Origin: an uncultured virus (IMG/VR IMGVR_UViG_3300031746_002572)
Taxonomy: Duplodnaviria; Heunggongvirae; Uroviricota; Caudoviricetes
Virus record (IMG/VR): IMGVR_UViG_3300031746_002572
Length of the DNA: 20,000 bases
Direction: 5' to 3' (one strand)
The notes beneath the pieces were generated by a model. It did no database searches. It worked only from the letters and a program-made list of their open reading frames with translations, and was not told where the DNA came from. How positions within the stretch are numbered: position 1 is the first letter of the stretch; each line of letters starts with the position of its first letter. A program made the position numbers and the translations under genes. Shown here one piece after another: positions 16,866-20,000 of the stretch.

Positions 16866-17039
16866 TTATGAGAGTTTTTCTAAATGTATCTCCATATTTT
16901 TGATGTTTTCGCAATCGTAGGAATATTGCGGAAACAATCTATTCAGGCAGTCGTTCATTGATTCGTTTATCAAAATTTTGTTTTGTCCTAAATAAACCAA
17001 GCCAAAACGTGTTTTCAGAAAAACTAAAACCATTTTCAT
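16866..17039 (-). CDS. 57-aa hypothetical protein
   Basis: ATG at 17039 after GAGGT (MKMVLVFLKTRFG...). The track's longer version overlaps the upstream gene. Confidence 0.55.
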   Translation of the reverse strand: MKMVLVFLKTRFGLVYLGQNKILINESMNDCLNRLFPQYSYDCENIKNMEIHLEKLS

Positions 17040-17046
17040 AGAAACC

Positions 17047-17361
17047 TCACATTTTAGGGTTAATAAAATCGACGGAATTAGAAACTTGAGCAAGATAGTA
17101 ACTTTCCTGCAAAAAAATCGAATTGACTTTTTTAAGGAAAGAAACAATTTTTTGTTTTCCCTTACTGGCAATCAAAAACGATTTATTATGGTCTTTGTAT
17201 ATCTTTCCGCTTTCTGATTGCCACTGACCTTGTACGATACCGGCGCATGTAAAACCACCGAAGGATTCGATTAGCTGTTTTTCGACTAACAACCATGCTG
17301 ATTTATTTACTGTTTTGCCATTGTTTAATTTCAGTGGTAGATAAAATTTGTATTCTTTCAT
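17047..17361 (-). CDS. hypothetical protein, possibly DUF3574-like
   Basis: YLPLKLNNG...FGGFT...GQWQSESGKIYKD; GGGAG SD. Confidence 0.6.
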   Translation of the reverse strand: MKEYKFYLPLKLNNGKTVNKSAWLLVEKQLIESFGGFTCAGIVQGQWQSESGKIYKDHNKSFLIASKGKQKIVSFLKKVNSIFLQESYYLAQVSNSVDFINPKM

Positions 17362-17411
17362 TTTTTCTCCCTTGCCCTTGCGGGCGGTTTTAGTTTGTCA
17401 ACTAATTGGTT

Positions 17412-17546
17412 TTACCTTTTTGTAACTTCATCTTCGTAATTTTTTAATCGTTTTAAATCCTGTCTAACACAGGAAAAAAAGTAATCAATTGATTTTTTAT
17501 ATTGTTCGTCGATAATCCTAAAATTATTATTTCTGTTTTCTTCCAT
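17412..17546 (-). CDS. 44-aa hypothetical protein, probable first gene of the leftward unit
   Basis: MEENRNNNFRIIDEQY...EVTKR*; AGGAG SD. Confidence 0.5.
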   Translation of the reverse strand: MEENRNNNFRIIDEQYKKSIDYFFSCVRQDLKRLKNYEDEVTKR

Positions 17547-17633
17547 TTTCTTTTCTCCTGTTATTTTTTCCATTTTCTTTCCTCCTTATCTTGTGAATTG
17601 TTTTAGGACACTATTTTTATTTTCTCTATTTCT

Positions 17634-17642
17634 ATAATACCA
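17634..17642 (-). promoter_or_regulatory. candidate extended -10 promoter for the leftward gene run
   Basis: TGgTATTAT on the minus strand ~50 nt upstream of an AAGGAGG SD. No good -35 at 17 bp. Confidence 0.35.
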
Positions 17643-18289
17643 ATACATTGGTGCTATATCTGCAAGTGCATTATCATAGCCATGTATTTGTAGGTATGTC
17701 ATACTATCAGTAGTTTGTTTTTCGATAATCCCTAAACTATTTAAGATATTTTTTATTTTTTCCATACATATAAAATACATTTTGCTATAATTTGTTTTTG
17801 TATGACGCTATACCATATATGGTGGTTTTACATTTTTAAACTCTACCATATATGGTATAAAAAATGAATCATACTATATATGGTAGAAATAAATAAAAAT
17901 AAATACCATATATAGTATAAATGTTATTTTTAAAAAAGGTTCTATTTGTATTTTGTTTAAAATCAATGTGTTATATATTATTATATAAAATAAATAAATG
18001 ATAAAATATCATTTCCTTGTAAGTCATTATCAAATAACAAGATAAAAATACATGATAAAATAAAGAATAAAAACAAATAAATAATAAAATTCTACCATAT
18101 ATAGTATATCTCAAATAAAAATAAATACCATATATTGTATGATATAAGATTTCTACCATATATAGTATAGCCACAATATATAGGATACCATATATAGTAG
18201 AAAAATAATATTTCACCTTGAATAAAAATAAATACTATTGCATATAGCCCCAGTGTATTAGCACTATATCTGCAAGTGCATTATTATAG
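17640..18289. repeat. direct repeat pair 17654-17679 / 18264-18289 (25/26 identical), extendable to 40 bp
   Basis: CTATATCTGCAAGTGCATTAT(C/T)ATAG occurs twice, 610 bp apart. The preceding 14 bp differ only by transitions. Confidence 0.9.
17811..18199. promoter_or_regulatory. array of eight palindromic TAC(C/T)ATATAT(A/G/T)GT(A/G) boxes, NrdR-box-like
   Basis: Boxes start at 17811, 17844, 17872, 17904 and 18093, 18126, 18154, 18186, plus a degenerate copy at 18172. They fit the NrdR consensus acaCwAtATaTwGtgt at all upper-case positions. The repeat itself is certain; the NrdR assignment is inferred. Confidence 0.7.
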
Positions 18290-18487
18290 TGTAGACCATA
18301 TAGACGGCTGGGTGGCAAGGAGAGGATAGAGAGGATGAGTTACCCACCCCCCACTTTATTTTTATGTCAGTTTTTTAGGCGTTGACAGTTCATTGACAAA
18401 AAAATTTTTACATCTATTTTTTTATATAACCGTATGATTGACAAAAATATATTTGCAATAAGGTTTTGGATAATTGTATTTATAGGT

Positions 18488-18724
18488 ATGACGCATGAAA
18501 GATATATGGAATTAAAGCTTATATTTGGTTCGAGGGTATATGAGAATTATATTCAAATTGTTAAAGTTCTGGTAAAGAATGGTGTTAGCAGAGAAGAAGC
18601 CCATAATTATCAGCGTTATGATATGAAAGTTAAATTATTTACTTCTATTTTTGAAGGTGATAATAAATATAAAGACAGAGCGGGTTATAAAGAATTTACT
18701 AAAACCATTGGAGTAGAACCATGA
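18488..18724 (+). CDS. hypothetical protein
   Basis: The track ORF is 18434..18724; the internal ATG at 18488 (MTHERYMEL) is a plausible start. ATGA overlap with the next ORF. Confidence 0.55.
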   Translation: MTHERYMELKLIFGSRVYENYIQIVKVLVKNGVSREEAHNYQRYDMKVKLFTSIFEGDNKYKDRAGYKEFTKTIGVEP

Positions 18725-18870
18725 AATTCATTTGTATATTTTTGATTTATTGTATAATCGGGTTTACCTGTTCCCGTTATGTTGTCATGTCTGATAAGTG
18801 TTGTGGGGGCGTGAATAATATGTTGGGTTTCTGTTTTGATTTCCGATTGCGCCCGTATTTATCATTGTGA
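18721..18870 (+). CDS. 49-aa hydrophobic ORF, possibly frameshifted
   Basis: MKFICIFLIYCIIGFTC... after a GGAG SD. A second frame from 18840 (FPIAPVFIIVIPVYRKYR...) continues into the next gene. Confidence 0.4.
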   Translation: MKFICIFLIYCIIGFTCSRYVVMSDKCCGGVNNMLGFCFDFRLRPYLSL

Positions 18871-18976
18871 TTCCGGTATATAGAAAATATCGTATTAAGT
18901 CTGAATTGAATTATATCACACATATAGACTCTGGAATCGGCACACTATATAAAATAAAACTGATCAGGAGAGATAA

Positions 18977-19765
18977 ATGGGGCGTTATAAATTAACACCT
19001 GCTGAAAATATTATTAGAAATCAGCCTTATTACGATTTATATATGAATGGTCTTAAAATGAAAGATATAGCATCGAGATTTAATATGACCAGACAGAATA
19101 TATCGTTGAAAATCAGAAAATATTATAAAATTATGGGTTTATTGAATAAAACCAGTGTTACCAGAGCTAGGTGTAAGATATGCGGGTTATACTACGAATT
19201 CAATTATAATAAACGCGAATTGAATAAAAAAGAACGTATTATAAGGACCATTAAAATCAAATCTAAATTTCATTATGTTTGTGATATGTGTAAAAAATCG
19301 GATGTTTATAAATGCACGAATTGTAGTAAAACAGGTGAACTCTCTTTATTTTCGAAAAGTAATTATAATAGAATATTTAAAACTCATCTGGGCCTTTGTC
19401 TTATGTGTGCATCTGAAAGACATTTGAAATGGATAAATAAAAATGAAGTGAATAAGAACAAACATTTACTTAGATGCGAAAAATGGAGAAAAAGCGATAA
19501 AGGCCGGATGTGGTTTAATAATCATATAAAAAAAATAAGAATACGGCAAAAAGCCGATGGTATATGTTATTATTGCGGTAAAAATAAAGCCGAAGTGAAT
19601 AGAGCGTATTGTCCTGATTGTCTTGAAAAAAACAAAATAAGATATAAAAAGAGAACAAAAGTATATAAAATCAATGGTTTATGCGTGAGGTGTGGAAAAA
19701 CTTCCAGACCGGATAAATATACGTGTCAAAATTGCGAGGATAAAAGAAAAAGAAAAATAAAATGA
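18977..19765 (+). CDS. HTH + multiple zinc-ribbon DNA-binding protein
   Basis: GLKMKDIASRFNMTRQNIS helix-turn-helix, eight CxxC pairs, very basic; AGGAG SD. Confidence 0.75.
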   Translation: MGRYKLTPAENIIRNQPYYDLYMNGLKMKDIASRFNMTRQNISLKIRKYYKIMGLLNKTSVTRARCKICGLYYEFNYNKRELNKKERIIRTIKIKSKFHYVCDMCKKSDVYKCTNCSKTGELSLFSKSNYNRIFKTHLGLCLMCASERHLKWINKNEVNKNKHLLRCEKWRKSDKGRMWFNNHIKKIRIRQKADGICYYCGKNKAEVNRAYCPDCLEKNKIRYKKRTKVYKINGLCVRCGKTSRPDKYTCQNCEDKRKRKIK

Positions 19766-20000
19766 TCGCTTATACCGACCCAATTGAAGCCGCTGTTCGT
19801 CATGTGTTCGAAGTTAAAAAAGCTAATCCTGAATGGCCTCTTACGTTTATCGTGTCTAAAGTCTCGAATTGGCATCAATTGGATTTTCATTCGATATTGG
19901 AATATATTAAAGCAAAGACAAAGAGCGCAAAGAAAGGGCGTAGAAACGACGCTAATGCCCTTGTAAAGCCGGATAACATAGAAAGAGATAGAGAAGGCTA
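19762..20000 (+). CDS. 3'-truncated hypothetical protein
   Basis: ATG at 19762 (ATGA overlap), MIAYTDPIEAAVRHVFEVKK..., open to the end of the window. Confidence 0.65.
   Translation, partial: MIAYTDPIEAAVRHVFEVKKANPEWPLTFIVSKVSNWHQLDFHSILEYIKAKTKSAKKGRRNDANALVKPDNIERDREG

Noticed and set aside
17586..17780. 64-aa ORF
   Set aside because: No SD, and it overlaps the direct repeat and candidate promoter. Not excluded, but unsupported.
17813..17855. Eukaryotic CArG boxes (CCATATATGG)
   Set aside because: The context is prokaryotic/phage (SD sites, overlapping genes, sigma-like factors), and most copies break the CC(A/T)6GG rule.
17811..18199. CRISPR array
   Set aside because: Repeats are only 14 bp and spacers 14-19 bp, one gap is 175 bp, box orientation varies, and there are no cas genes in the window.
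17971..18216. 81-aa ORF with repeated TIYG
   Set aside because: It is a translation of the palindromic boxes and A-rich tract, low in complexity, with no SD.
19784..19966. 60-aa track ORF
   Set aside because: It is out of frame within a better ORF starting at 19762 that is coupled to the upstream gene.
1..20000. tRNA, rRNA, integrase, reverse transcriptase or virion structural genes
   Set aside because: No recognisable cloverleaf, rRNA sequence or corresponding protein motifs were seen by eye.

Overview
AT-rich window that reads as part of a large bacteriophage or prophage genome; the host cannot be determined from this sequence. 1-2421 (+) is a nucleic-acid/transcription block: RuvC-like resolvase, sigma70-like factor, NYN nuclease and a sigma54-C-terminal-like protein. 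2418-17550 (-) is a long co-oriented run of mostly small genes with strong Shine-Dalgarno sites, typical of an early/accessory region. It includes an HU-like protein, an N6-adenine methyltransferase, a CgeB-like glycosyltransferase, a SprT-like peptidase, an AAA+/DUF3150-like/metallopeptidase-vWA triad, two paralogous pentapeptide-repeat genes, a second sigma-like gene and a frameshifted conserved gene. A non-coding divergent control region (~17590-18480) separates this run from + strand genes at the right end. The most striking non-coding structure is two clusters of four palindromic NrdR-box-like 14-mers with identical 33/28/32-bp spacing, bracketed by a direct repeat with sigma54-like GG-N10-GC geometry. 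The window also holds an integron-cassette-like unit with an attC-like hairpin and matching ends (4096-4504) and an orphan IS200/IS605-type end hairpin. All family calls come from motif recognition by eye; no database search was run.
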